Below, piece after piece: positions 37,755-48,604 of a stretch of 64,000 nt of DNA. Made by a program: the position numbers and the translations under genes. The notes under the pieces are model-generated. The model saw only the letters and a list, made by a program, of their open reading frames with translations. It was not told where the DNA came from and did not search any database. How positions within the stretch are numbered: the first letter of the stretch is position 1; every line of letters begins with the position of its first letter. This DNA comes from Puniceicoccaceae bacterium (lineage in GTDB: Bacteria > Verrucomicrobiota > Verrucomicrobiia > Opitutales > Oceanipulchritudinaceae). Where the stretch lies: positions 32,001-96,000 of the forward strand of contig JBFOMH010000005.1 of NCBI GenBank assembly GCA_040830765.1, in the 5' to 3' direction.

Positions 37755-39014
37755 ATGAAGCACACGAAGTGGCTGGCGATCATGATTGCCCCCCTGCTCA
37801 CTGCATCTGTCTCCACCCAGGCGGTCGTGGAGATGGAGATGGTTTTTGTCGGTGACCCGGATAACCCTGCTTGTCCAGACGATGCCGACTATGAAATGGA
37901 AGGCTTCCAGTCTGTCGGCTGGGTTCCTTACGGATATTACATCGGCACCTATGAGGTGACCAACGAACAGTATGTCCAGTTCCTCAATGCCGTGCGCGAC
38001 ATCAATCTCTGGGATACCGGCATGATGTACGATGGCTGGGGCGGTATTATGCGCAACAACAGTTCCTGGCCAACGTACACGGTTAAAATCGGCTACGGCG
38101 GGGTCAGTTTTGGCAAGCGTCCAGTAGGTTACATGGACTTCTACAGGGCGGCGCGATTCTGCAACTGGCTGACCAACGGCCAGGGAGATGCCGACACCAT
38201 GACCGGCATGTACGACCTGACAGACAACTACAACTACAACACCGGGAACATTGTGCGCAACGAGGCTGCCTGGAATGCCGGTGGTGTGGCCATAGCCAGC
38301 GAAGATGAGTGGTGCAAGGCGGCCTATTATGATCCATCCAACCTGGGTCCTTCAGACCACTGGTGGGCCTATCCTACCCGTAGTGATGTCGTACCCAACG
38401 CGATTGGCCCGAACAACACTGATCCCAACAGCGCCAATTATCGGCGGGCACATGACAATGGTCAGTACTGCGACGTGGACGCATATCCACTGGCACGGTC
38501 CTATTACGGAACCTATGGCCAGGGAGGTAATGCGATGGAGATGACCGATACGCACTACCCAAACGATCCTGGGAAACGAATTTACCGCGGAGGTTATTTC
38601 TCCGTCTCCGGCGATAAACTATCCGTTTCCTACCGGGATGACATTCCCATCACCTGGTCCTATCCCGGCCATGGCTTCAGGGTCACCAGCCTCAAACCGA
38701 TCGGTGGCCAAAAACTGAATTGGGGTCCCTACCTGAGGCAAAACAATCATTGTGACACCGGCGAGTGGATGGGCTGGCTCAACGTAATCCGGGCCCCCTG
38801 GGTCTATTGCCTGAAAACCCAGTGCTGGTTCTACATTCCGGAAAGTGTCGCCCAGGCAGGCAGTGGATGGATTTACATCCCTGACCTGAGCACAGACACC
38901 CCTGAATTGTGGCTGGTCATGATTGCGGATAGTGGTTGGGGCTGGAGCTACGGCCTCAGCAAATATCTTTACGTCGACCAGAACAAGAGTGGATGGGTTT
39001 ACCTGGTGGATTGA
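37755..39014 (+). CDS. Secreted SUMF1/FGE-sulfatase-domain protein with Trp-rich C-terminal domain
   Basis: YEVTNEQY..FLN, AARFCNWL.NGQ, SEDEW.KAAYY, GQGGN..E, RGG, GFRV, followed by the DT..WMGW domain. Confidence 0.82.
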   Translation: MKHTKWLAIMIAPLLTASVSTQAVVEMEMVFVGDPDNPACPDDADYEMEGFQSVGWVPYGYYIGTYEVTNEQYVQFLNAVRDINLWDTGMMYDGWGGIMRNNSSWPTYTVKIGYGGVSFGKRPVGYMDFYRAARFCNWLTNGQGDADTMTGMYDLTDNYNYNTGNIVRNEAAWNAGGVAIASEDEWCKAAYYDPSNLGPSDHWWAYPTRSDVVPNAIGPNNTDPNSANYRRAHDNGQYCDVDAYPLARSYYGTYGQGGNAMEMTDTHYPNDPGKRIYRGGYFSVSGDKLSVSYRDDIPITWSYPGHGFRVTSLKPIGGQKLNWGPYLRQNNHCDTGEWMGWLNVIRAPWVYCLKTQCWFYIPESVAQAGSGWIYIPDLSTDTPELWLVMIADSGWGWSYGLSKYLYVDQNKSGWVYLVD

Positions 39015-39230
39015 GGGAGGTTTCGCTTTTCCAGAACCGAGTACGGATATAGATTTACTGCCGCTATTCCACGATCCTTAAAATTAGATGGAAGAGCCCG
39101 GACCATCCGCACTGATCGGGAAGGTCCGGCAGACGAATTGAGCCCAAATCCTGTCAAAACGTGCTTGAGCAAAGCCAATAATTCGACAAGATGCTCTCAC
39201 CGGCAGTATGCCTGTCGGCCGGTCACATCA

Positions 39231-41516
39231 ATGAGCGACTCTCCACCATCCGGCCCTGAAAAGGGTTTCAGTCTTGTCCGCTTCTGGCAGGAACTGAAAC
39301 GGCGGAATGTTGTCCGGGTGGCACTGGTCTACAGCATTGTTGGCTGGCTGGTGATCCAGGTGGCCAATGCCACCTTTTCGAGCTTTGGCATTCCCGTCTG
39401 GGCTTACCGCTTCGTAGTCCTGATGGTCCTGCTGGGCTTCCCCCTTTCGCTGATCATCGCCTGGGCCTTTGAACTGACACCTGGGGGTATTACACGGAGC
39501 AAACCAGCTCCCTTGGACAATGAAGACAACGGGTCTCCCACCCAGCAACGGAAGCGCAAGTGGCTGGCATATGGATTCGCGGCAGCAATGCCGACCGTGA
39601 TTTTTGGCTCCCTGGCTATCTTTTTCTATTTTCAGTCAGGCCGGAATGAAAATCCCACTACAGCGATTGTAGACAATTCAGCCCCGTCAACCCAAGCGGC
39701 ATCCATTGCTGTGCTCCCCCTGATCAACATGAGCCACCAGGAAGAGAATGAATATTTCGCCGGTGGTGTTCATGAGGACATCCTGACCAATCTTTCCCGG
39801 ATCAAGACCCTATCCGTCGTCTCCCGCACAACCATGCTGCGCTATGCGGCATCCGATCAGACCATTTCCCAAATTGGGGAGGCTCTTGATGTGGATTATA
39901 TCGTGGAGGGTTCCGTCCGCCGGATCGGGAAGCATGTACGGGTAACAATCCAGCTTAATCATGCCCGAGAGGACCGGCACTTGTGGGCCAACAATTTTGA
40001 GAGGGAAGTCATCGATGAGTTCGCCACCCAGAGCGAGCTTGCCAAGGTCATCAGCTCTTCCCTCCACCTGGAAATTCAACCGGAGACCGTTGGCCAGTTG
40101 AGCAACCTGCCGACCACCAGCGTCAAGGCATACGACTTATACCTGAACGCACTCAACCTGGAGAAGACAACCGCACAAAGTCCGAAGCAACTTATGGATA
40201 TTCGAAATCTTCTCGCGGGAGCGGTTGAGGAGGATCCGGACTTCGTCGAGGCATGGGGCTTCCTCAAGCGAATCTGTGACTTCCTCATCAACCAGACCTA
40301 TGCGCAATCAGCCCAAACACAGGAGGAATTTGCGGAGATCGTGCCGGACATGGACGCATTTCGCAGGGAATTGGAGGATCAGTCCGCCATTGCTCTGGCC
40401 AAGGCAATGGCACTGAAACCGGACAACCCGGAGACGCTGCTGGCCAGGGCTGTCAACCACAAGTGGCCCCAACCGGAAAGCTCTCTTTCCGAACAACGTC
40501 GCCTTTTCGCACAAATCCTCGCGGCCCATCCCGAACACGCCAAGACTTGGTATCATCTCGGCTGGTGGTATCTGAAGAAAGCGGAACCGGACAATGAGAA
40601 CGCCTTTGCCGCCTTCGAAAAGGCCCTTCAGCATGATCCCTTCAATGCCCGGATGGTCCGGTCCGTATTAAACCGGTACCGCCAGGAGGGCAATCAGGAT
40701 GCAGTGACCCGCCTGAGCCAGCGCTTGAACCATATCCTGCCGGAGACGGCCGAGGACCGCTATCTAGCCCGTATTCAAATTCCCATATTCAGGTATTTTC
40801 GGGCCATGAGAGAATCTCCTGATGAAGCCCTGGTGGAGGAATTCGAATCATTGGTTGAAGCCCGTAGAGGTGCCTGGCAGGGAGAAGTGTTCCTGGAAAT
40901 CGCCCTTGCTGACCTTGCTTTCATGAAAAATGATAAGGAAGGGATGCTTTCCATCCTCGATCGATTGACGATCCGGGAGTTAATCGATTTTGAAAGCGAA
41001 TGGGGCACTTTCGCAAGAATGGGTCTGATACTCAACGCCTTCTTGATTCTGGTTGATGACAATCGTACCGAGGAAGTTGAGACCCTTTCCAGGCAGCTTG
41101 TCCAGTTAAAGGAGGACCCCCCCCTGTTTGAGTATGCATCGTCCTACAGCCTTGGAAAGATGGTCTTCTTTCTGGCATTCCACCTGACCGGGGACCAGGA
41201 GTCAGCTGATGAAATGCTGGAGGTCATGGATGATGCTAAAGGTTTCCGTCGGACCGCATTATCGTACGTCGATCTGGAGAGCGTGGTGGAAGAGGAATTA
41301 AAAGCGCTCAAGGAATGGAAAGGGAAAAACTACGAGAATCGAGGATTCGGTTATTGCGACGACAGGGCATTCAATTTCCTTGTGAGCCGTCGTCTGCTGA
41401 CGCATCCGGACATCATGGCTTTCTATGTCGAGGACGGAAAATGGATTCCGTTTCTATCGAAGCGGTTACCTGAGTATGCGCAGTATGCGAAGAATGCCGG
41501 TACCAACGATTTCTAG
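39231..41516 (+). CDS. Membrane-anchored TolB-like/TPR protein
   Basis: ELKRRNVVRVA N-terminal TM block, SIAVLPL.NMS...EYF..G..EDIL..L, VEGSVRR, AYDLYL, TPR helices. Confidence 0.78.
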   Translation: MSDSPPSGPEKGFSLVRFWQELKRRNVVRVALVYSIVGWLVIQVANATFSSFGIPVWAYRFVVLMVLLGFPLSLIIAWAFELTPGGITRSKPAPLDNEDNGSPTQQRKRKWLAYGFAAAMPTVIFGSLAIFFYFQSGRNENPTTAIVDNSAPSTQAASIAVLPLINMSHQEENEYFAGGVHEDILTNLSRIKTLSVVSRTTMLRYAASDQTISQIGEALDVDYIVEGSVRRIGKHVRVTIQLNHAREDRHLWANNFEREVIDEFATQSELAKVISSSLHLEIQPETVGQLSNLPTTSVKAYDLYLNALNLEKTTAQSPKQLMDIRNLLAGAVEEDPDFVEAWGFLKRICDFLINQTYAQSAQTQEEFAEIVPDMDAFRRELEDQSAIALAKAMALKPDNPETLLARAVNHKWPQPESSLSEQRRLFAQILAAHPEHAKTWYHLGWWYLKKAEPDNENAFAAFEKALQHDPFNARMVRSVLNRYRQEGNQDAVTRLSQRLNHILPETAEDRYLARIQIPIFRYFRAMRESPDEALVEEFESLVEARRGAWQGEVFLEIALADLAFMKNDKEGMLSILDRLTIRELIDFESEWGTFARMGLILNAFLILVDDNRTEEVETLSRQLVQLKEDPPLFEYASSYSLGKMVFFLAFHLTGDQESADEMLEVMDDAKGFRRTALSYVDLESVVEEELKALKEWKGKNYENRGFGYCDDRAFNFLVSRRLLTHPDIMAFYVEDGKWIPFLSKRLPEYAQYAKNAGTNDF

Positions 41517-41594
41517 GTTTCCGGTTCCTGTTGTTGCCTTACTATAAGATGAGCCCCTGCTTTAAGCTCGACTGAGGAGTTGCAAAATCCGGGA

Positions 41595-42920
41595 ATGATC
41601 CACCGCATAACAATCATGGCCACCGTCCTCCTCCTGGTGGCCAATATCTGGTACTTTCTGACCCGGTCCTGGGAGTCCACCTTTTACCCTACCAGCTATG
41701 CCACGATTTATTATCCCACCGATCGCCCGGTGGTGACTAGCTGGCAGGAGGCCGATGGGGGCGTTGAGGCTGTCGTCAAATGGAATGCCCCGGTCGAGGG
41801 CTGGAAGCTTTACTTCAACGGGGAACTGGTTTCCGAGAACAGCGGAGCGGCGATTTACTTTCCGGTGGACGAGGATTACTCCGACAACCGCACCTACACC
41901 GTGCAAGCGCTACCGGAGAATCTTTTCCCGCCCTTTGAAATGAAGGTGCGTTACCTGTCCGATGAATTTAACACGGACCGGGGCCTCTCCCGTGGATGGT
42001 ACGCGATTGTCATGTCGGACGAGCCGATGGCGAAGTTCAAGCAGTTTGCTGTCAGCGACTGGGTGGACCGTTACGAATATCTGCCGGAAAGCGACCTGGC
42101 CGAGGTGGAGGCCATCCTGAGGGAGGAGGCCGGTATCCAGGATTCCGACACCAGCCTCGAGAAACTGGAAAAGGTCATGATGCACCAGCGCGATAACCTG
42201 ACCCAGACCTGCCGGGGCACACCCCCGCCCCAGTACCGCTGGGAAAGTCCCTACACCATCTACAAGGAAATGCGGGCTGGCACTGGCCATGGCTGGTGCA
42301 CCCAGCATGCGCAGGTATTCACCTTCCTCGCCAACCGGGCCGGCCTCTCGACGCGCCTGGTTGTCACCGCCCGGACCCAGGGCAACAAGTTTGTCTACAC
42401 CGGGCATACCTGGGTTGAGGCCTGGATCCCGGAACAGGGCCGCTGGGCATGGGTGGAGCCGAGCTACGCCGTCATTTACGCCACCGACAAAAAGGGACAA
42501 GTGCTCAATTCCGTCGAACTGGCCAATCTGCGGCAGCATGCGGCTTGGGATGGCGTGTCCGGCCGGGTCTACAAGGACTGGGGCTGGCCAGAGCTGTCGG
42601 GGGAAGCGAACACCCTGATCGACGCACCATTCCCCGACGTGGGCGGTGTGGTTGAGCGCCAGTTCATCACCAGTGCCATCTACAAGTGGCGCCGCCCGCC
42701 CAATGTCGAGGACCTACGGTATGATTACCGCATGCTCTTCAAGGACTGGACCTTCACTTGGGGGAATTTCGTCCGCTACTACTTCAAGCCCCCGCTGGCC
42801 TACGCCAACTACCCCACCGAGGGCACCCGCACTTACTGGATCCGCCACCTCCTCCTGTGGAGCTTCCTTGCTTGTGCAGCGGGAGGCGCGCTGCTGTCTT
42901 TCCGGAAGAAGCGGTCCTGA
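41595..42920 (+). CDS. Transglutaminase-like domain membrane protein
   Basis: GWCTQHA...GHTWVEAW...W.WVEP (Cys-His-acid triad). N-terminal and C-terminal hydrophobic segments, basic tail RKKRS. Confidence 0.72.
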   Translation: MIHRITIMATVLLLVANIWYFLTRSWESTFYPTSYATIYYPTDRPVVTSWQEADGGVEAVVKWNAPVEGWKLYFNGELVSENSGAAIYFPVDEDYSDNRTYTVQALPENLFPPFEMKVRYLSDEFNTDRGLSRGWYAIVMSDEPMAKFKQFAVSDWVDRYEYLPESDLAEVEAILREEAGIQDSDTSLEKLEKVMMHQRDNLTQTCRGTPPPQYRWESPYTIYKEMRAGTGHGWCTQHAQVFTFLANRAGLSTRLVVTARTQGNKFVYTGHTWVEAWIPEQGRWAWVEPSYAVIYATDKKGQVLNSVELANLRQHAAWDGVSGRVYKDWGWPELSGEANTLIDAPFPDVGGVVERQFITSAIYKWRRPPNVEDLRYDYRMLFKDWTFTWGNFVRYYFKPPLAYANYPTEGTRTYWIRHLLLWSFLACAAGGALLSFRKKRS

Positions 42921-43102
42921 TAGCCTAAATTCTATTGTCATTAGAAACCCTGCCCTGCGTTTCCGACAGGGTCCGCTCATGAGCAATGGGAGCACTCCCG
43001 CCGGAGTGTAATCAGCAGTAAATTCAGCTTGAGATCGGCGAATGTGGACGATATTGCTTTTCGTAAGACAGCAATCCCAACCCCTCCCTGAATCACAGCT
43101 CA

Positions 43103-45082
43103 ATGAAAAAGGTTATTACCCCACCCTGTCTGGGTGTCATCATGATCTTGTCATGTCTGGCATCTGTATTGGAAGGATCGTTCACCTGGTCCGAATCCGA
43201 TGGAAAGATCACCATTACAGGATACTCCGGTTCGGACACTGTCCTGGCGGTTCCGGAAGAGATCAACGGTTTGCCAGTGGTCAGGATCGGAGAAAGGGCG
43301 TTTTACAGGGACAACTCCTTGGAGAGCGTCATAATTCCGGCATCGGTAGAAGTCATTGAGGACCGGGCATTTCTTTCCTGCGATCAGCTGACTCAGATCA
43401 CCTTGGGAAAAGGAGTTGCATCCATAGGTATTAGTTTCGCTCTCAAAAACCTGTCCGCCATTGAGGTGGACCCGGAGAATCCGTTTTTTGCTGACCAATC
43501 GGGCATCCTTTTTGACAAGACGCTTTCTACCCTTTACCGGGTACCCCCGGCGCTTTCCGGCAGCTTCGATGTTCCTGATTCCGTTACGGTCATTGAGGGC
43601 AGTTCGTTCTGGTATTGTGACGAGATAACACACATCGAAATACCGGACACGGTAACCCATATTGACGAGGGAGCTTTTGTGTATTGCAAGGCTCTTGTAA
43701 GTGTAACCCTCCCCGCCAACCTTCCATTCATTAGCAACGATCTGTTCAGATTTTGTGACGTGCTGGGATCGGTCACAATACCGAACTCAGTCACGACCAT
43801 TGGAAACAATGCTTTCAGCGAGTGTTTCCAGTTAAGCGAAGTGGTTCTGCCTGAATCACTGGAAGCCATCGGTGAACAGGCTTTTAGCGCGTGCGAGAGC
43901 TTAGCGGCGATTTCCCTCCCCGAGGCAACAGATTCCATCGGGAACTATGCATTCGCCGGATGTAAAGCGCTCACCAGTGTGACAATTCCCGGGAACGTCA
44001 CTTCCGTCGGTGAGGGTTCCTTTTCCAGGTGCCAGTCGCTGACTGAGATTCTTGTCGACCCGGCCAACGCGGATTACACCAGTCTGGACGGCGTGCTATT
44101 CGACAAGTCCCTTACCACGTTGGTCCAATTTCTGGCCGGGCTTATCGGTCCTTATACCGTCCCCGAATCCGTAACCTCAATAGCGGGCGGGGCATTCACC
44201 GGTGCATCGATAGCGGATATTTCGTTAGGGAGCAACTTGGCCAGTATTGGTGAATTGTCCTTTTACGATTGCGACCAGTTGACGGAGCTGACAATCCCGA
44301 ACACGGTCACCAGCATCGGCAATTGGGCATTTGGCTGGTGCGAAAACCTGGAAAGGATCACGCTATCCCAAAGTCTTCAAGCCATCGACGACTACATGCT
44401 GTATGGTTGTTCCTCTCTAAAGTCGATTACCATCCCCGTATCCGTAAACAGTATCGGAAGCAATTCCTTCAGCCACTGCAAAGAATTGAACGAGGTAGTT
44501 ATTTCCGATGGGCTTCAGTCCATTGGTAGAACCGCATTCGGTTGGTGCACCGGCCTTCTGGAAGTGACCCTTCCAAGCACCCTTTCATCGCTGGACAGCC
44601 AGGTATTCAGGGGCTGTAGTTCTTTATACTCAGTGCGTTTTCTAGGAACTCCGCCAACATTCGGCAGCGGATTGTTTGATGGGACCTACATCGAATTCAT
44701 GGTTTACTATATTGAGGGCATGCCCGGCTGGGATTCCACATTCGCAGGTAAACCAACAAGCCCATTCGATCCATGGTGGCTATGGGGAACCTATGAAATC
44801 CTTGAGTCCCCGGAGGGCAACTACGCGGACACACAAGAGTGGCTTGGCTGGGTTGAAGTGTCCTACAGCCCTCTTGTCTGGCATCTCGGCACCGGAAGCT
44901 GGCTCTATGTTCCGGAGGAAGTCGCCACAGCGGGAACAGGTTGGATATATGTGTTCGACCTCGTGCCCAATACCCCCGATCTCTGGCTCGTCCTTATGGA
45001 AGGAACAAGCTGGGGCTACAGTTACGGGCTTAGCAAGTGGATGTATGTTACTGAATCCGGTTGGGTGTATCTTGTATCTTGA
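43103..45082 (+). CDS. BspA-type leucine-rich repeat (LRR_5) surface protein with Trp-rich C-terminal domain
   Basis: Many IP.SV..IG..AF..C..L repeats, signal peptide, C-terminal DT..WLGW domain. Confidence 0.9.
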   Translation: MKKVITPPCLGVIMILSCLASVLEGSFTWSESDGKITITGYSGSDTVLAVPEEINGLPVVRIGERAFYRDNSLESVIIPASVEVIEDRAFLSCDQLTQITLGKGVASIGISFALKNLSAIEVDPENPFFADQSGILFDKTLSTLYRVPPALSGSFDVPDSVTVIEGSSFWYCDEITHIEIPDTVTHIDEGAFVYCKALVSVTLPANLPFISNDLFRFCDVLGSVTIPNSVTTIGNNAFSECFQLSEVVLPESLEAIGEQAFSACESLAAISLPEATDSIGNYAFAGCKALTSVTIPGNVTSVGEGSFSRCQSLTEILVDPANADYTSLDGVLFDKSLTTLVQFLAGLIGPYTVPESVTSIAGGAFTGASIADISLGSNLASIGELSFYDCDQLTELTIPNTVTSIGNWAFGWCENLERITLSQSLQAIDDYMLYGCSSLKSITIPVSVNSIGSNSFSHCKELNEVVISDGLQSIGRTAFGWCTGLLEVTLPSTLSSLDSQVFRGCSSLYSVRFLGTPPTFGSGLFDGTYIEFMVYYIEGMPGWDSTFAGKPTSPFDPWWLWGTYEILESPEGNYADTQEWLGWVEVSYSPLVWHLGTGSWLYVPEEVATAGTGWIYVFDLVPNTPDLWLVLMEGTSWGYSYGLSKWMYVTESGWVYLVS

Positions 45083-45204
45083 TTGTCCCCTACCAGAAGC
45101 GTGTGGGGAGCCGCAATGAACAGGCATTCGGAAAGTTAAATTGCCGGGTGTCAAAGCGCTCCGCCTCATAGCAAGTAGCTGCTCACCCTCTAACTCGCGG
45201 CTCC

Positions 45205-46113
45205 TCAGTCGAAGATATAAACCCAGGCACCTGCCTCACTGATATTCTCTTCGGGACAGTAGAGATAAGCATTGAGGGAATAGGACCAGACCCAATCACC
45301 TTGGGAAACATTCAGCCAGCCGAGGAATCCGCCGGTATCGACATCGCGGGTGACGTTGGCGATGGGGATTCCGGCCCAAAGCAGGGTCGGTGCATAGAAT
45401 TCGTCAAAGAGAAACTCTGCGTAAACGGAATGACCGCTATTGCTGAGGTGAATGGCATCCGAAAATGCCACTGCGGGACCCGGTAATGCGGGATCCGGTA
45501 GAGCCGGATCACCAGCAGGCAAACTTGCCTGGGGAACCCCAAAGGCAACCTGCATCAGGCCAAGGGAATTAATCAAGGTGACGCGGCTGCCTAGGAAAGC
45601 GTGATTGGCCAGGGCTGTGGCCAACTGCTCGAGGTACTCCGCCAGCAGTGCGTTCTGCGTGGCAATGTCCGCGCCAAAGACTGGTCCGGGCAAGTAATCA
45701 TAACTCGAGAGGAGGATGGGCGCCTCAGTTGCGCCGCTAATCTTCACCAGGAGCTCAATGACGTCATTCACAACCGCTGGAATCGCGTCTAAATCCGGCC
45801 AACTGGCCAGCAGGTCATTTCCCCCGATGATCAAGTGAACCAGTCTCTCGTCGGGATTGTCTGCCAGCAGTTGAGCGACATCAAGAATCAGTCCGTCATT
45901 CCACTGATCGGCTCGCGAGCCGCCGACACTGGTATTCAACAAGCTGTAGGCGGACAGCCCATTGGCGTTCAATTCATCCTCGATAAAGGAACCAACCCGG
46001 ACTCCCCAGCTATCCCCCATCAGGATCACTTCAGCTGCAATAAGCCCGTTGCTGAAAGCAATGAACAATCCCATCAAGGATAGTCGCAGAGGCCTGAGAA
46101 CCCAGTTCACCAT
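45205..46113 (-). CDS. Secreted SGNH/GDSL hydrolase with Trp-rich C-terminal domain
   Basis: MGDSW, GGND and DAIH blocks; start taken at ATG 46113; C-terminal WAG..DT..FLGW domain. Confidence 0.8.
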   Translation of the reverse strand: MVNWVLRPLRLSLMGLFIAFSNGLIAAEVILMGDSWGVRVGSFIEDELNANGLSAYSLLNTSVGGSRADQWNDGLILDVAQLLADNPDERLVHLIIGGNDLLASWPDLDAIPAVVNDVIELLVKISGATEAPILLSSYDYLPGPVFGADIATQNALLAEYLEQLATALANHAFLGSRVTLINSLGLMQVAFGVPQASLPAGDPALPDPALPGPAVAFSDAIHLSNSGHSVYAEFLFDEFYAPTLLWAGIPIANVTRDVDTGGFLGWLNVSQGDWVWSYSLNAYLYCPEENISEAGAWVYIFD

Positions 46114-46287
46114 AATTGAGTAGTCATATACCCCATTGTTAAACCCGACAATCCAATTCCTCCTGTCTGCGGTCTTCATTGGACAAGTTGAAGAACCTAT
46201 CAGGAACCGTTCACCGGCAGGAAATTGCAATTGCCTCTGTCTCGCAACCCCATTAGCATCCGCGATCGTCGAAAGGGGAAATGAGAA

Positions 46288-46476
46288 ATGTCTGAAAAAA
46301 CACTTCAATTCGTCAAACGCGAGGATCTCGAACCGATTTGTCCTTACTGTGAAAAGACGCTGCCAATGGTATTCATTCGCACGAAGGGCTTTCCGTTAGT
46401 TCAAGGAACCAATGTGGTTTATTTCTGCCCACATTGTAAAAAGGTCCTCGGTTTTGGACAGGGGCGGATGATTTAG
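46288..46476 (+). CDS. Small zinc-ribbon-like protein
   Basis: 62 aa with CPYC and CPHC. Purine-rich RBS-like sequence upstream; fills the gap between genes. Confidence 0.6.
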   Translation: MSEKTLQFVKREDLEPICPYCEKTLPMVFIRTKGFPLVQGTNVVYFCPHCKKVLGFGQGRMI

Positions 46477-46478
46477 GC

Positions 46479-48122
46479 CTATTCGACCCAAGGTCGCATG
46501 GAGTTGCTATCGAAGTGATAGAAGTTTGGGCCGTAAGCTGAGGAGACATACATGTAGCCGGAAGCCTGCGACCATGCCCACACCCCGCCCGAGATAACGG
46601 AACCGGGCCAGAAGTAGATCCAGCCTTGCTGGCTGTGGTAGATCCAACCCTGGCCAGATTCATCCCGGTCGATCAGGTAGATATAGCCCCAGCCTGTGGC
46701 CTCCGGGATCCAGTAACTCCATCCGTCCGGATAATGGGCCAAGCGGCCAAGGAACGCATTATCCTCCCAGAGGACGTTACGGACCGCAAAGGCCTTCAGG
46801 TTGAAAAGGGTAATTCCGGCACCACCGGAAAATCTCAGGTAGACATCGTGCATCCCGCTTACCGGTTGGGATAAGATCGCCGACAGCGTCTCAATACTCG
46901 TTCCCGGAAAATCCGACGGTACTTCAAAGATTGCCAGCACCGGGCCATCGAGGGCGTCCAATCTCACTTCAATGGTTCCTCCAACACCGCCATCCTTGGC
47001 CGTTACCGTAAAGAATCCCGCGCCTTCACCAAAGTCGATATCGCTGTACCGAACCCAGTTGCCATTCTTGATGAACTGGAGCTCGGAGGCAATCGGGTGC
47101 GTATTGGACAAGTCACCCGGATGCGACTCATCGTCGTAGCCAACAGCAGCGATTTCCCGGTTCAGGGAAGTGGCATGCGGGCCACCACGATATCCGTCGA
47201 GGTATAACTGGCGCATGATCGACTGGACTTCCGTTGGACTGGAACCGGCCACGATGTAAGTGGTGTAGTATTCGTAGACTCCCCCATCAATCCAGTAGCG
47301 TCCCGATTCAGCACCCAACTTGGTGGTATCCCCAAAGGTACGGGTGAGGCCGATGAAATTGTTGTCGAGGTCACCCCCGTAGGAACGGTTGGCACCATAA
47401 ATTCCGATGGTGGGACCATCCGTGCTTGTGCTCGCCATCACCCCACCGATGTTGACCCGGTGCACAACCCGGCTGCTGGAAGTATTGATGATGATTTGAG
47501 AAAGATTGCGGATAGCGTCGAATCCGTAGTATTTCCCGAACTTCTTTTCCATGTAGAGGGCGGGAATCTCTGCATTCCAATTAGCTCCCCGGGGAGTCAG
47601 GAATCGCAGGTCGATTTGTGCCACCTGGCCACCGTAGCCCTCGAGGAAGGTCGTCGAGGCAATAAAACGTGATGTGTCAAATGCGGCCCCGCCATGCTCC
47701 AGCAGGCCCGGCCACTGACGGACAAACCACTCCCGCGGGATGCACTTTGCGACTACCCGGTCAGGGCCTTCCGTCCGCAGGAACAGCACCTCCGATTCCC
47801 CGCGGATGGCATCCCCTCCCTGATTGGGGTTGATTACCACCCGCTTCGAGGCGCTGAACAGATAACCGTCACTGACAAACTGGGTGAAGTCCTTGCCATA
47901 AGTCGAGTACTGCAGCAGCCGGCCGGGATCATTGACGTTGATGAATTCCTCTCCCTTGTACTTGAATGACATCACAGCACCACCCCAGGTATCACTTTGG
48001 GTGACACTGAGGACACCGTTGCTGATCGTCGCACCGGAGCGGGAAATCTGGCCATAGGATGGCAATGTAAAAGCAAGTAGAAGTATTACCACGACCAAGG
48101 TAGCAGCCTTTGATGGAGTCAT
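46479..48122 (-). CDS. Secreted protein with CBM6-like module and aromatic-rich C-terminal domain
   Basis: FIKNGNWVRY..IDFG...GGTIEVRLD...G.HDVYLRF CBM6 signature; Trp/Tyr-rich tail. Confidence 0.75.
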   Translation of the reverse strand: MTPSKAATLVVVILLLAFTLPSYGQISRSGATISNGVLSVTQSDTWGGAVMSFKYKGEEFINVNDPGRLLQYSTYGKDFTQFVSDGYLFSASKRVVINPNQGGDAIRGESEVLFLRTEGPDRVVAKCIPREWFVRQWPGLLEHGGAAFDTSRFIASTTFLEGYGGQVAQIDLRFLTPRGANWNAEIPALYMEKKFGKYYGFDAIRNLSQIIINTSSSRVVHRVNIGGVMASTSTDGPTIGIYGANRSYGGDLDNNFIGLTRTFGDTTKLGAESGRYWIDGGVYEYYTTYIVAGSSPTEVQSIMRQLYLDGYRGGPHATSLNREIAAVGYDDESHPGDLSNTHPIASELQFIKNGNWVRYSDIDFGEGAGFFTVTAKDGGVGGTIEVRLDALDGPVLAIFEVPSDFPGTSIETLSAILSQPVSGMHDVYLRFSGGAGITLFNLKAFAVRNVLWEDNAFLGRLAHYPDGWSYWIPEATGWGYIYLIDRDESGQGWIYHSQQGWIYFWPGSVISGGVWAWSQASGYMYVSSAYGPNFYHFDSNSMRPWVE

Positions 48123-48349
48123 TGTCCTAACAAAAATGATGACTTTCCAGGGTCAGTCAGAATTCCCTACTAACTGTAGGATATCCGCATGAATTGAAAC
48201 AGCCACGGCGACCTTGACCATGGCCCCAAACAAACGAAATCTGTGTCGCGACCCACAAAGCTGGAATTTTTCCCGAAATTTCGCAAAATAGCGGAATAAA
48301 TCCGATTCTGATTCGTCTACGCTTCAAGGGACTATGTTGTCCTTACCTT

Positions 48350-48604
48350 ATGAACACCACCGACCAACACAATGCACCCAGCCGGTTCCGGCTGATTCTT
48401 GGGTGTCTGATTGCGGGATGTGGTCTTGCCATAGCCGGGTGCCAGCAGGTACCCGTCTACCAGCAGGTCGAGCTATCCCGGCCCGGGATGCTCTTTTCGG
48501 ATTCTCCCGCCCTGGCGGACAGTTCCGTCCTCCTTTCCACTATTGAACCCGGAACCGACGACCGCGGTGGCGCCAATGCCGCCGGGTGTACCGCCTGCCA
48601 ATGA
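48350..48604 (+). CDS. DUF4266-like small lipoprotein
   Basis: Lipobox IAGC..VP.YQ...L....M, ending GG..AGCTACQ. Confidence 0.7.
   Translation: MNTTDQHNAPSRFRLILGCLIAGCGLAIAGCQQVPVYQQVELSRPGMLFSDSPALADSSVLLSTIEPGTDDRGGANAAGCTACQ

Noticed and set aside
37755..39014. FGE-sulfatase (CLec-fold) protein as a diversity-generating retroelement target
   Set aside because: No reverse transcriptase and no near-identical template repeat with adenine-specific mismatches was seen in the window.
45205..46308. Extended 367-aa version of the SGNH ORF (also extended starts for sqr, FadL, PLP enzyme and GNAT)
   Set aside because: The extensions overlap neighbouring genes or lack coding character. Downstream ATGs give proper signal peptides or coupled starts.
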